A DNA stretch of 63,950 nucleotides, counting the filler, from Welwitschia mirabilis (Eukaryota), in NCBI GenBank assembly GCA_051453625.1. It is 4 parts of one record of this genome, joined end to end, with 100 filler letters (N's around TTAATTAATTAA, not from the genome) between each part and the next. Parts side by side here need not be neighbours in the genome. Positions count along the whole stretch, not along the records: positions 1 to 26,632 come from JBOZIK010000001.1; positions 26,733 to 52,769 come from JBOZIK010000001.1; 2 more parts are not named here. One strand, written 5' to 3'. Positions within the stretch are counted from its first letter, which is position 1. Every line of letters starts with the position of its first letter. The translations under genes and the position numbers were made by a program. Below, one piece after another: positions 24,470 through 38,183 of the stretch. The notes below the pieces were generated by a model. That model did no database searches, was not told the origin of the DNA, and saw nothing but the letters and a program-made list of their open reading frames with translations.

Positions 24470-26632
24470 GCACAAGTTGATATCTTGATAGTAGATGTTC
24501 AAAGCACATGATAGGAGATAAATCTAGATTCAAACATCTAAGCCACTTTCATGGAGAAGAAGTGACCTTCAAACATAATGGAAGAGCAAAAATAAAAGGC
24601 ATTGGAAGTGTTGGTGGAGGTAACCTTCTTAGAATTAATTTATTTTTATATGTAAGTGGTTTGAAGCATAATTTATTGAGCATCTAAATTTGTGATAAAG
24701 GTTACAAAGTAGTTTTTAATAAATCAAAATGTGAAATTATGCATGAAAAATCAAATGATGTAATTCTTAGAGCTAGTAGAATAAATAATGTGTATAGCAT
24801 AGATCAATCATTTTCTCTTTGTTATTTATCAAATGTTTATCAAGATGAATTATGACATAAACATTTAGAACATGTTAATTATAATCAATTAAAAATGACT
24901 ATTCATAAAAATATTATTAGAGGAATTCCTAAGATTAATATAAAAAAATAAGGGTTGTGTGATCTGTGTCAAAAGGGAAAACAAATTATAAGATCTCATA
25001 AGAGTAAAACTCATGTTTCCACTTCAATGCCATTAGAACTTATTCATATGGATTTAGTTTAGATGAAAAACATTATTTTCTTACAATGGTTAATAACTAC
25101 TCTAGATATACTTGGATAGCCTTTTCATCAAATAAGTTTGAAGCTTACAAGCATTGGGTTAAAATTTGCAACAAGATCCAAAATGAAAAGGGTTATGCCA
25201 TAAAGAAAATAAGAAGTAATCATGGTGGTGAATTTAAAAATAATTTTTTTGAAAAGTATTGCATTGAAAACGGTATTGATCACCAATTTTTAGCTTCAAA
25301 GCACCACAACAAAATGATATAGTTGAAAGAAAGAATAGAGTTCTTTAAGAAATGATTCGAACTATGCTAAATGATAAAGAAGTACCTAAATCTTTTTGGG
25401 ATGAAGCCATTAGCATAGCATGTTATATTATTAATAGAGTTTATCTTAAATTGGGTATTGATAAAATAACTTATGAGCTATGGAATGGAAGACAACCAAA
25501 TGTGTCATACTTTAAGGTTTTTGAAAGTAAATGTTATGTCCTAAAAGATAGAGAACATTTAAAAAATTTTAAATCAAAAGCTGATGAAGATATTGTTTTA
25601 TGATACTTAATAAGAAGTAGAGCTTACTGTGTTTTTAACAAAAGAAGCTTAGCTATATAAGAGTCAATAAATGTATAAATTGATGAGATTAACTTAAAAG
25701 TAAGCAACTTAAATGAAGAAGAAATCATAACCCTAAGTATTCCCACATCAAATAAAGGTGTTACCAGAAAAAAATAAATCTCATGTAAAAGAAGGAATAC
25801 TAAAAAAGCCTAAGATTTTAAAAGATCATCCGTTAGAATCCATTATTGGAGAAGTTAATTCAAGAGCATAAACAAGAGGTTCAATGAAAAATTTATATGC
25901 CCATGTCTATTATGTTTCAAAGATAGAACCCAAGAGCTTTGAAGGAGCAGAAAATCATAAAGAATGGATGCTAGTAATGCAAGATGAGCTACAATAGTTC
26001 AAAAAAAAGAATGTTTGTAAACTAGTAGAAAGACCAAAAGATAAGAATGTTATTGGTACTAAATGGATCTTTAATAATAAGTGTAATGAAGAAAATAATG
26101 TTATCAAAAAAAAAAAAAAATCAAAACTTGTAGCTCAAGGCTTTAACCAAATCAAAGGAATTGATGTAAGAGATACTTTTGCTTCTATTACAAGATTAGA
26201 TAGCACTAGAATGTTTTTATCTTTTTCAGCTTTTAATAACTTCAGAGTTTATCAAATGAATGTAAAAAATGCTTTTCTAAATGAATGATTAAATGAATNN
26301 NNNNNNNNNNNNNNNNNNNNNNNNNNNNNNNNNNNNNNNNNNNNNNNNNNNNNNNNNNNNNNNNNNNNNNNNNNNTATGGATTAAAATAAGCACTAAGAG
26401 CATGATATGAAAAGTTAGCAACCTTTTTAAAGAAAAATGGATATGATCATGGAACAGTAGATAAAAATTTATTTGTGAAGAAATTGAAAAATTATTCTAT
26501 TATTATATAGATTTATGTAAATATTATTTTTGGTGCTTCAAATGAAAATTTATCAAAAGAATTTACAAACATTATGACAAATCAATTTGAAATGAGTATT
26601 CTTGGTGAAATTAAAATGTTTCTTGGACTTTA
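24470..26632 (+). pseudogene. pol: Copia pol remnant (PR, INT, RT) of A5
   Basis: IRSNHGGEF (integrase), IGTKWIF, QIYV motifs; disrupted. Confidence 0.88.
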
Positions 26633-26732
26633 NNNNNNNNNNNNNNNNNNNNNNNNNNNNNNNNNNNNNNNNNNNNTTAATTAATTAANNNNNNNNNNNN
26701 NNNNNNNNNNNNNNNNNNNNNNNNNNNNNNNN
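26633..26732. other. Artificial scaffold linker N44-TTAATTAATTAA-N44
   Basis: 12-mer at 26677-26688 flanked by exactly 44 N on each side; identical structure at two other sites. Confidence 0.95.
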
Positions 26733-29480
26733 AAATAGACATGAAAATGTGTATTATATAAATCAATTGAATAACTCTCCATGTCTATCTTTTCATACTC
26801 AAGAAGATGTTATCTGACATTAGTTTTTAGGTCATATTAGTTTTGATACTTTGAAAAAGTTATGTCATGATGAGATAGTTAGGGGTCTTTCTAAAATCTC
26901 TTTTTCTCATAAAGGGATATGTGACACTTGTCATAAGGGGAAAAAAACCAGAATGTCTCATTAAAGGGTTAGCGATATCACAACTAGTAAACCTTTAAAT
27001 TTAATTNNNNNNNNNNNNNNNNNNNNNNNNNNNNNNNNNNNNNNNNNNNNNNNNNNNNNNNNNNNNNNNNNNNNNNNNNNNNNNNNNNNNNNNNNNNNNN
27101 NNNNNNNNNNNNNNNNNNNNNNNNNTTCCTATGAAAATTTCATTAAAATTTGCAAAAAGCTTCAAACAGAAAATGGGTATGTAATAAAGAAAATACGAAG
27201 TGATCATGGTAAAGAGTTTGAGAATGAAAGATTTGAACTTTATTATAACTTAAATAAAATTGGCCATGAGTTCTTATCTCCTAAAATCCCTTAACAAAAT
27301 GGAATAGCTAAAAGAAAAAATTGAATTTTCTAGATATGGCAAGGGTAATGCTAAATGATAAGAACATTCCAAAATAGTTTTGGGCTGAAGTAGTGAACAT
27401 GACTTGTCATATATCAAATAGAGTTTATTTAAGGCCTGGAACTTCTAAAACTTGTTATGAACTCTGGAAAGGAAAGAAGCCAAATATATCTTACTTTAAA
27501 ATCCTTAGAAGTAAATGCTTCATTTTGAGAGATAGAGAGGAATTAGCAAAATTTAATTTTAAGTCAAATGAAGAAATCTTTTTAGAATACTCTTAATCTA
27601 GCAGAGCTTACATAGTGTTTAATAAACAAACTCTTTATATGGAAGAATAGATTAATGTAAAAATTGATGATGTTTTAGATTATTTGAAATTTATTAACCT
27701 TAATAAATATCTAATTTCCTCCTGTTCTAGCAATTAAACTAAAGAAATCTCAAAAGATAAAGCAATACCAGAAATTAAGGAACTCAAGGACCATCCTTTA
27801 GAATCTATCATTGAAAATGTTCAGTAAGGTCTTATTACCAAAAATTATCTTAAGTACTTTAGTGATCATATCTCTCTGTTATCTCAAATAGAATCTAAAT
27901 CTTTTGAAGAGGCCAAATCTGCTTCTAGTTGAATCAATGCCATGTAAGAGGAACTTGAATAATTCACTAGAAACTAGGTTAAGACGCTTGTTCCAAAACC
28001 AACTGAAAAAAATATCAGAGGTACACAGTGGATTTTCAAAACTAAAGTAAATGAGAAAAATAAGATTATTAAGAATAAAGCTAGATTTGTGGCTCAAGGG
28101 TACTCCCAAATAGAAGGAGTAGATTGTGGAGACATGTTTGCTCTAGTTGCTAGATTAGAATCAATCAGGATGTTTTTAGCTTTTTCTTGATTCAAAAAAA
28201 TTAAAGTATTTCAAATGGATGTAAAAAGTGAATTTATTAATGGACATATAGAAGAAGAAGTGTATGTAAAACAACCTCAATGCTTCTCTGATCCTCATAA
28301 ACTTGAGTATGTATACAAACTTAACAAAGCCTTGTATGGGTTAAAACAAGCTCTCAGAGCTTGGTATAAAGCTTTTATCTTTTTTACTTTAACATGGTTT
28401 TTCTAGAGGCTCCGTTAATAGAAATGTTTTTAGAAAAGTTTTGGATGATGACTTAATTTTCATTCAAATCTATGTGGATGATATTATTTTTGGTTCAACA
28501 AATGAAAAATTAGCAAATGACTTTGCAAAACGCATGAGTTCTAAATTTGAAATAAGCATGGTTGGACCTATAAATATGTTTTTGGGTTTACAAATTCAAC
28601 AACAAGAATGTGGTATCTTTATAAATAAAGAGAAATATTCTTTAGATTTAATAAATAAATTCAAACAGGAAAATGCGAAATGTATGGATTTTTTAATGGC
28701 CACAAATGTTAAACTTTCTCTAGATAAAAATGGCAAAGATGTAGATCAAAAGGTATATCGCATTATTATGAGGAGCCTATTATATCTAACAGCTAGTTAC
28801 CCTGATATAGCCTTTAGTATTGATTTGTATGTCAGGTATCAAAGAAAACTAAAGGAATCTCATCTTACTACTGTAAAGAGAATACTTCGCTACATAAAAG
28901 ATACTCTAGATTTTAGCTTATGATTTTCAGATGAAACTCCTTTAAGTTTAATAGGTTATAGTGATGTGGATTGAGCTGGATGCAAAGATGATTCCAAGAG
29001 TACAGGTGGTGGATGATTTTTCTTTGGAAATTATTTCATAGCATGGTATGGCAAGAAACAATGCTCTATATCTCTTTCTATAGCTGAAGCTGAGTATATA
29101 GCAACTAGGGCATGTTGTACTTAGAACTTATGGATGAAAGAAATCTTGAATGATTATGGGTTGAACATCACAGAAGTACCAATCCTATGTGATAACTCAA
29201 GTGCAATTCAAATTGCTCACAACCCAGTTCAACATACTTGCACCAAGTACATCAACATCAGATACCATTTTATTCGAGAATTGGTAGAAAAGAAAATAAT
29301 TTCTTTGGAATATGTATGTATAGAAGATCAACTAGCTAATNNNNNNNNNNNNNNNNNNNNNNNNNNNNNNNNNNNNNNNNNNNNNNNNNNNNNNNNNNNN
29401 NNNNNNNNNNNNNNNNNNNNNNNNNNNNNNNNNNNNNNNNTATTTATAAAACCCTTATTTATATATTATTTTTCAACTCT
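26733..29480 (+). pseudogene. pol: Copia pol remnant (INT, RT, RNase H) of B1
   Basis: ORFs 27393..27596, 28215..28406, 28441..28923 and 29134..29544. Confidence 0.92.
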
Positions 29481-30095
29481 TCATTATTTTTTGGATATCA
29501 AGTTTGAAAAGGACTTATCAGACCCAGCCTCATTTAAATTATAAAATTTAGTTAGGGAGTTAAAATTTATACTTGTTATATATATTTAAACCTTAGTCGA
29601 TCTCCTTTTAAATTAGGATAATCAATTGTCTTTTAGTTTTCTTACTGTTAAACTTTTCTTCTTACTGGATCGATCAACCATACTATTGAGTCAATCAGTC
29701 TAGTCTTAATTTTTCTTGTAGCATCCTTTAGCAACTAGGTTGACTGAATAGTTTCTTTCAGTTAATCTCATTTAAGCACTATTTTAAGTCAATCTCATCT
29801 TACATCTAGGTTGATTGAGTTTAAGTTTATTTCAACTATCAAATTCGTATCTCGTAGGGTTGATCACTTATGTCTGTGAGTCAACTACTACCTTAATATT
29901 TAGGTTTTTAAATCTTTACATGGGTTCAACAACCTTATGATTGTCGCCCGCATTTAAGGTAGTGCACCATGAATTTTTAAAATCCACCTACCCTTTGTTC
30001 TTTTCCTTATTTTTGGCTTTTTTTTGTCATTTTCTAAGCTTTTAGGGCGTTCTCTTTAATGTTCCCATGTGTTTTCTCTCAGATGTGGGCTTAAA

Positions 30096-31545
30096 ATGGC
30101 ATTTCTATAGCTAAAAGAAGGATCTAGAAAGAGAAGAAAGGAGGTAGCTATCAAACCTCTAAGTTATGTGTTCTTCAAGAGGAACACTAAACAACTAAGG
30201 CATTTTGAGAAGCATTTTAAGACTAGTCCAATATCTTTGAAAATAACTTGTGAGCCCATGCAATTTTTAAGTCTAACAGAGGTCCAGACATTACTAGATG
30301 AAGTTAACTGGGGCTATTTCTTTCACATCTCTAGTACCTGCTATCCTCTAGTAACCAGGTTATTTTATTTTAATGCTAGATATGATGCCACTTAATCCAT
30401 CTTTATTACTTTATTCTTTAGCCAAGAAATGTACATCACTACAAATCTAATAGCCTCCCTCACTAGACTTCCTAGAAGAAACTGAGGTAAGTACTGGCCT
30501 ATGGCTAAATATTTTGAAGAAAAGGACATAGCCACTCACCATGTGTGTGGCACTCACATCACTTGGAAGAAGAAATTTAAAGCTTCCCAGCTTTTTCCAA
30601 GATTTTATCTATTACATCTTATAATGTCCTTTTTATTTCTTACTAGTTATTGGGCATAAAGATGAGCTCTCCAACTATCAAGTCTTCCTACTTTTTGCAC
30701 TAGATANNNNNNNNNNNNNNNNNNNNNNNNNNNNNNNNNNNNNNNNNNNNNNNNNNNNNNNNNNNNNNNNNNNNNNNNNNNNNNNNNNNNNNNNNNNNNN
30801 NNNNNNNNNNNNNNNNNNNNNNNNNNNNNNNNNNNNNNNNNNNNNNNNNNNNNNNNNNNNNNNNNNNNNNNNNNNNNNNNNNNNNNNNNNNNNNNNNNNN
30901 NNNNNNNNNNNNNNNNNNNNNNNNNNNNNNNNNNNNNNNNNNNNNNNNNNNNNNNNNNNNNNNNNNNNNNNNNNNNNNNNNNNNNNNNNNNNNNNNNNNN
31001 NNNNNNNNNNNNNNNNNNNNNNNNNNNNNNNNNNNNNNNNNNNNNNNNNNNNNNNNNNNNNNNNNNNNNNNNNNNNNNNNNNNNNNNNNNNNNNNNNNNN
31101 NNNNNNNNNNNNNNNNNNNNNNNNNNNNNNNNNNNNNNNNNNNNNNNNNNNNNNNNNNNNNNNNNNNNNNNNNNNNNNNNNNNNNNNNNNNNNNNNNNNN
31201 NNNNNNNNNNNNNNNNNNNNNNNNNNNNNNNNNNNNNNNNNNNNNNNNNNNNNNNNNNNNNNNNNNNNNNNNNNNNNNNNNNNNNNNNNNNNNNNNNNNN
31301 NNNNNNNNNNNNNNNNNNNNNNNNNNNNNNNNNNNNNNNNNNNNNNNNNNNNNNNNNNNNNNNNNNNNNNNNNNNNNNNNNNNNNNNNNNNNGGCCTCTC
31401 AGACCCCAGAGATCATTCATCTCTTGCATCGTATTAATTCATAGACTTATTACATCAAAGAGATACTTATTGCCAATAGTACTTTAATTTCTGATACCTT
31501 TAAGAATGAGGGTGCTTAGTCATCTAAATTCTCTAAATCTGATTG
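30096..31545 (+). pseudogene. Env-like/additional ORF of Sirevirus B1 (partly in gap)
   Basis: ATG at 30096 is in frame with ORF 30168..30395 (WGYFFHISSTCYPLVTRLFYFN) and later FYLLHLIM. Lies between RNase H and the PPT; homologous to 38669-39684. Confidence 0.7.
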
Positions 31546-31860
31546 AGCCTGTGTGTCTTTGTATATGTCTTCCTCTTTTTAACTATCCTCCCTATCCTTG
31601 ATTTCATCAAAAAGGGGGAGAACAATTTATCATATTTTATCACTCCTTTCTATTGTATTAGCAAAAAGGTACCTTTCATAATGTAATGCAATTTTTTTAG
31701 TAATACAAAGAAGATTTTTTTTGTGAGAATATCTTTAATCTTTTTTAACTTACTTTCATTTAAAACTCATTTAAATTTAATTGTTTTTGAAGTTAAATAA
31801 GTTAGGAGGAAAACCTATATATCAAACTATTTTTCCTCAATCAATAATAAAGAAGGAATT

Positions 31861-33438
31861 TGCCAAGAACCCATTGTTATTGATTAATTTAATGAGTTTT
31901 GGTAGTTATTATATTATGCAGAGATTTCTAGAACTAAAAGACTGACTTATAAGATTAGGTGACCAACCTGTTAAAGAACTATGATACTACTTCAAACTTG
32001 GGCAATTGTCCACATATCATAGGGTGACCGGACTAATATAAATTAAGAAAATAATTAGTTGAAGAATAGAAGACTGAGTGCATCATAATAGGTAACCGAG
32101 TTATCGCATTATAAAGAAGGCCAGTTCAAACACGGATGACCAAAACACCATTATTCGGGGGAATCCATTTAAGCCTGAGTGTAAGAACTAGGACAAACAT
32201 GGTCAAATGCTAAATAAACATGATTGACTACATTGCATTCATCAAAATTCAATCTGATAATAGGATAGATGATCGATAATATTATGATGGGTGATCACAT
32301 GACAATTAGTAAAACCTAAATCTAGTGAATGCAAGAGCAACCAAAAGATATGATAACAGGCGACCCTATTCTGCCCAAAATCTATCCTCATAAAATCAAC
32401 CGAATAAAATTGTCAGGGCAATTAAGTAAAGGTCAATCACCTATTTACATAAGGATAACATAATATGAACCTAGTCTATACTAAGAAACTGTGATAAGCA
32501 AGGGTGATCAAATGTTAGGGATAAGGACAACCGCATTGGNNNNNNNNNNNNNNNNNNNNNNNNNNNNNNNNNNNNNNNNNNNNNNNNNNNNNNNNNNNNN
32601 NNNNNNNNNNNNNNNNNNNNNNNNNNNNNNNNNNNNNNNCCGCATTGGCAAGTGACTACATAGACAACCAACCAAGTACTACACAAGGTCAATCATATGA
32701 ATAAAAAATGTAACCATTATGAATTCAATAGTTTATCAGAAAGAACGCAATGGCTCATTAAAAATCACAATGATTCACTTCAACTTATTAAAACAATTAC
32801 CTTGTGCATCTTTAATATAAAAAGCTCTTCTTTAATCAAAAGAGCATAGCACAGACTATAACAATCTAAGACTGGAAAAGATAAACTCTTATATGCTTTT
32901 GATATTGTATCTAAATAAGCTTTAAGTTTAGAATTCTGATTGATTCTATCATTGTAACTACTTTAGAAGAAGATATTACTATACCTTAGAGAAAATATCT
33001 ATGCATCTGTGCATCATTCTTTCTTCAATTTTTTTGTGGTTGAGGATAAGTCATAAAATCCTCTATGGTTGTAAAAGGTTATTTAGTGAGTTACAAACCA
33101 TTATTGAAAGCTAATATATGCCAACCAAGGATAAAGAGTCTACGAAGCTAAAGGATGATGTCTATCCATCATTAAATNNNNNNNNNNNNNNNNNNNNNNN
33201 NNNNNNNNNNNNNNNNNNNNNNNNNNNNNNNNNNNNNNNNNNNNNNNNNNNNNNNNNNNNNNNNNNNNNNNNNNNNNAAGGATAAAGAGTCTACGAAGCT
33301 AAAGGATGATGTCTATCCATCATTGAATAGAATGTTTTTATATTGATTTTCTACTTATCTTATTTGTAGATTGTGAAGAACAAGAAAACTATTTTTAAAG
33401 ACCTATTCATCCCCCTCTAGGATCGATCCTCTACTTTT
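31861..33438 (+). repeat. 3' LTR of B1
   Basis: TG after a purine tract, GGTGACC-like repeated motifs, Sirevirus-type C-rich end; boundaries approximate. Confidence 0.6.
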
Positions 33439-33439
33439 A

Positions 33440-33577
33440 AATCTTATAAACATCGATAAGCCTTAAAAATATAATAGTGTTGTAGATCACCTATCTCAAC
33501 TCTCTTTTTCTGTTAATAACATTTTAATGAATGATTCATTTCCTAATAAATAATTATGTACTATTAAATAACTCTAT
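33440..33577 (+). pseudogene. pol: 140-bp sliver of an older Athila pol (RNase H end), the insertion target of both B1 and B3
   Basis: SVVDHLSQLSFS...NDSFP; matches the reverse complement of 19730-19815. Confidence 0.75.
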
Positions 33578-34828
33578 TGTGGTGCATATTTGTGCAAGCA
33601 TTATGTTCTTAATTAAATCCTATAAATCATAAATATATAGATTTTTCATAACATAACTCACTAATATTGATAGAAGTGACTCAAATGCCATAATCCTATT
33701 AAAGGCATAGATAAGAATAAAGAGAATTAATTTCAAAAATGAAATACTATCTTAAATTAGAACAAAATAATAATGTATAATAATAATGTAAATGAACAAG
33801 CTATGTATATGAAATGAAACTCCTATTCTAAATGTAATTTCTACCTAATTACCAGATCAACCTATTACAGAGACTGACCCTGTATAACCTAGATCAATTA
33901 AGGAAAGCCATTACTAGATAAAACAAACCTAAGTTATTAGATACGTTGAATAGAATTTGAAAACAATAAAAAGTTAATCTAGAAAATGAAATTCAATGCA
34001 CCTAAAATAACAATGTCAATCTTAACAAAGGTTATCTTTGTAATCTATAAGACCAAAGAAGTTATTATAAAATAAAAAAAAACACAAACCATAAGCAATA
34101 TGCAAATAACAATAGATATGGAAATAAAATTAGAGTTTTAATTAAATCAAACCAGACATTCATGTTACAAAGTAGTAGCACCTCAATAAAAGATACATAG
34201 CCCAATATTAAAAAAAGACATCTCTTTGTAATAACAATGAATGGATTTTCTACCCTTTGATCTCCTATTATGTAAATTTTTGATGCTAAATAAGATCAAA
34301 AAAAAATCAAGGATAGTAGGAGAACTCTATTATAAAATAGACTCCAAAATCAGAAAAATACAACAGATGTACTAACAACTCTAAAAATCACACAAGAAGA
34401 TGCAACTCATATGGCTAGAGTTTAGTGAAGTTAGTAAAGCATTTATTTTAGGTATCATCCTATTAGTCATCCATATGTCACAAGAGAAAATACCACATCA
34501 TATGAGTTCCACCGTATTTGCCAGATTGATCTAGTAAGCATCCTTCTTAACTTAAGTATTTTTATTATTTGTATAATCCTCCAGATAATAATGTGGTTAA
34601 TTGGATTTCATAAAGTGTTTCTTGTGTCAAGTTAGCCTCTTGGATTATAGGATTGTTTCTTTAAATAGGAAGTATTATAAATTGCTTCAAATGCAATGAA
34701 AATTACATGATTTTGTGACATTTACCTTAGCTCTCCATTATCATTGAAACTTAGTATAAAGTTATTTAATGTCCTTTAAAACTAATTAATATATCCTATC
34801 AAATATATATATATTTGATAGTGCAACA
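33578..34828 (-). repeat. 3' LTR of B3
   Basis: Termini TGTGGTGC...GTGCAACA, followed by the PPT complement TAGCCTCTCACTT; homologous to 14987-16258. Confidence 0.8.
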
Positions 34829-35449
34829 TAGCCTCTCACTTAATCTTATCAAGTCCTAACAAAATTAGGTAAGTAACCATAATTACAAAGCCAAATTGAC
34901 TAAGAATAAATTAATTAGAAAACTATGTGATAAACTTAAAAACATTTTTAGAAATCTTGGAATGCAGAATAAAAATGTCAAAATAGATAACTGAATGTTT
35001 CACTTGTGTAGTAAAGTTGGCCATACTATCATCCTAGTTGTCATTTAAACGATGGAGGGGAAAATAAGCTGAAAACTTATTCTTGAAAATAGAATCCTAT
35101 GAAAATTTTTTTAAAAAGATAAACATTAAATATGCTAGTAATTAATAGTCCCTCACTAAAATTTACAGTAGATAAAAGATAATCATGAATCATATAAATA
35201 ATCATCATCATGAAGTATCAAAAATATTATTTACAAAAAATTCATGATATCCAATAGTAAAAATATGCACCATGAGGATATTAAAAATTAAGATTTATAT
35301 ATATAAATCATGAGTTTTAATACAATCCCTAAAGGAAAGATACAAAATATAATATAAATTCACTTCCCTCATCTAGTCATGATGAACTCTTGATATGCAA
35401 TAGGCTCAAGTGCAAGAGAAAAAGAATAAGGATGCTCAAGATCTATAAG

Positions 35450-36230
35450 GAAACGATGGTTAAGTAAAGTCATTATCATATGTAGCATCTCTTCTGTGTA
35501 TACTCAAATAATCTCTAGGAGGTCTACCATCACACTATGCTCTATCTGTAAGATGTACTATTACACATCCACTAGTTACTTCTTATTGCATTGTACTATC
35601 CTATTAATCGTAGTGATCCTCTACTCTAATGTAAAAATTCTTGGATCCACTATCTCTCTAATGGTCTATGTGGTTTCTGTAAGAAAAGCCAGCATTTACT
35701 CTAAGAAAGTACCAATTATAGATCTATGAACCTAAGGTCTCTTTGTCTTTTCTAGTATTTAAATGTCCATATCCTATAGGTAATGAGCTTAATTCTGTAT
35801 CTGTGTAATTCTCTACTTACCTATAGGCTTAAGTATGCCAAAGAATTTAAACATGGCTAAGAGAAGGAATAGATATCCCAAAGTTTAAAGCTAATGTACC
35901 TCTATCATTATCTTGAGTCTTCTTCAGATAAGTATTAGTAAATTCATTTGTTCACCTTACTTGAATAGTACCAATATTTGTAAATGTGCCACCATAGCAT
36001 AACTGTTATAGAAGGAGGAACTGATGTTATGCATTAGTCATTTATAAATGATCTGATAGGCAAGTGTTAACTATGTAATCAAAATGCTTTACCTATCTAA
36101 AGTCAAATCTGATGGTATGTCAAGTGCTGCATCGTAAGCATGATGCTCCTCTGTGCCATAAGCTAAATGTATATGTGTACTTCTGATACCACCAAGATTA
36201 GTCACTATAGTGATGTGGTTCAGGAGGATG
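35450..36230 (-). pseudogene. C-terminal half of the B3 env-like ORF (N-terminal half at 43484-43860)
   Basis: Matches 2230-3000 on the opposite strand; split by the B2 insertion. Confidence 0.6.
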
Positions 36231-38183
36231 TGTAGGATTGAGAATCCTAGAGGGAGGGGATAAATAGGTTTCTGAAAATTATTTAAATAAATTCACAATA
36301 TAAAATTTCTTGAAATAAATCACTAAAAACTTTGCATATAAAAACTAAAAGTATTCTTAAAAATAAAAATAATAGAAAGCTCAGAAATATTGATCATATG
36401 CATATAAGTTTTATAGTAGTTCATGAGAACCCCATAATCCACTCTTGATAATCAACTTATTGTCAAGTCTTATTTGGATCCCCATTAAACTCTTCTAAGA
36501 ATCGTAAGTTCACCTGTAACTTTTACAAATAGACTTTTTTAAAGGCTTAATCTAAATCTTTTTGAATGAACTTTTTATGAAGGCTTAGTCTAAATCTTTT
36601 CAAGAAAATATGATAGTGATGATAAAATGTCCAAGTGCACTGGTATCATTCATTATTTAAATTAATGAGAATAATAAAGCACTTTTCTTAAAGATGATCA
36701 ATATACAAACAATGAAGTGCTATATATCTAACCTAATATGTAAAGATACAATAGATGTTGGCTTGCCTTTAGTCAAGAATAAAATGCCAAAAGAGTATAA
36801 TGATCAATCACCAAGATTCAATAGTTTANNNNNNNNNNNNNNNNNNNNNNNNNNNNNNNNNNNNNNNNNNNNNNNNNNNNNNNNNNNNNNNNNNNNNNNN
36901 NNNNNNNNNNNNNNNNNNNNNNNNNNNNNNNNNNNNNNNNNNNNNNNNNNNNNNNNNNNNNNNNNNNNNNNNNNNNNNNNNNNNNNNNNNNNNNNNNNNN
37001 NNNNNNNNNNNNNNNNNNNNNNNNNNNNNNNNNNNNNNNNNNNNNNNNNNNNNNNNNNNNNNNNNNNNNNNNNNNNNNNNNNNNNNNNNNNNNNNNNNNN
37101 NNNNNNNNNNNNNNNNNNNNNNNNNNNNNNNNNNNNNNNNNNNNNNNNNNNNNNNNNNNNNNNNNNNNNNNNNNNNNNNNNNNNNNNNNNNNNNNNNNNN
37201 NNNNNNNNNNNNNNNNNNNNNNNNNNNNNNNNNNNNNNNNNNNNNNNNNNNNNNNNNNNNNNNNNNNNNNNNNNNNNNNNNNNNNNNNNNNNNNNNNNNN
37301 NNNNNNNNNNNNNNNNNNNNNNNNNNAAAAGAGTATAATGATCAATCATCAAGATTCAATAGTTTAGCCAAAGGTTAAAAAGCTTCTATAGTTATTTCAC
37401 TTTTAGATATTTATAATAAAGGCTTTTAAGATTATTACATTTGATAACACACTTCTAATGACCATAAAATGGTTACATAATAGCTATAAAATTTGTTTTC
37501 CATTTTGGCTAGTCAACCCTTCAAATGTCTGGTTGAGTCCTCTTGATGCCATTACTTAAACATGTCACCTGAGTAAACTCTTTGGTTGCCCCAGTTTCTT
37601 ATGGATCCATGTCTGGTTAACTCCTTAAAGTCTGCTTGATCATTTATCTAGTTATCTACATATCTTTCTAGTTGCTTGCTTAGTCCTAATAAAATCCATC
37701 ACAATTTTTCTACTTCAAGTCTAGCCAATCCCTCATAAATATAGTCGATCACTTATTGATCAGATGTGAAGAATTAATGCTCAACTATCAAGTTTGGTTA
37801 ATTCCTAATATATTCAATCGACCCCTTGATGATCAGTTCAGAAGTATCAGATGCACAATGATCAAGTCCAGTCAATCCTTCATAGATCTGGTTGATCCCT
37901 TAACAATTAGTTTAGGACTACTATTCTCAGGTTCATAGTTTTAGTCGATCTCTCTAAATTCAATTTAATTCTATGAGTTTACTTTAGGTGTAGTTGACTC
38001 ATTTAAAGTCCGTTCGACCCCTCAAAAAAGTAATAAAACTTAAAATATTTCAACATTAAAATGTGATATTCATAGCTTTAGCTTTTGACCTACAAGTGAT
38101 CAATATTTTAAGCATATGATATAATAAATTTTACTAAATAAAAAACATTATTTTAACATCAATTAACAATTCATAATCTAACA
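36231..38183 (-). repeat. 3' LTR of B2 (length inflated by an N gap)
   Basis: TGTAGGATTG...ATCTAACA, followed by the PPT complement ATCTTCCCCTTTG. Confidence 0.9.

Larger units (their letters stand above)
22166..26632 (+). mobile_element. Sirevirus (SIRE) Ty1/copia element A5, 5' part, cut by scaffold end
   Basis: 5' LTR, Met-i PBS, gag remnant, PR (YLDSRCSKHMIGDK), INT ORFs 25086..25603 and RT from ~25950, in the copia INT-before-RT order. Confidence 0.88.
26733..33438 (+). mobile_element. Sirevirus element B1, 3' part: INT-RT-RH, env-like ORF, multiple PPTs, 3' LTR
   Basis: QMDVKSEFING, LYGLKQALRAW, QIYVDDIIFGS, CDNSSAI...NPVQH. PPT AAAAAGGGGGAG at ~31610. LTR ends CCTATTCATCCCCCTCTAGG. 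Confidence 0.88.

Noticed and set aside
22166..33438. One giant Sirevirus with duplicated integrase-RT
   Set aside because: An artificial linker separates the halves and the two LTRs are from different families.
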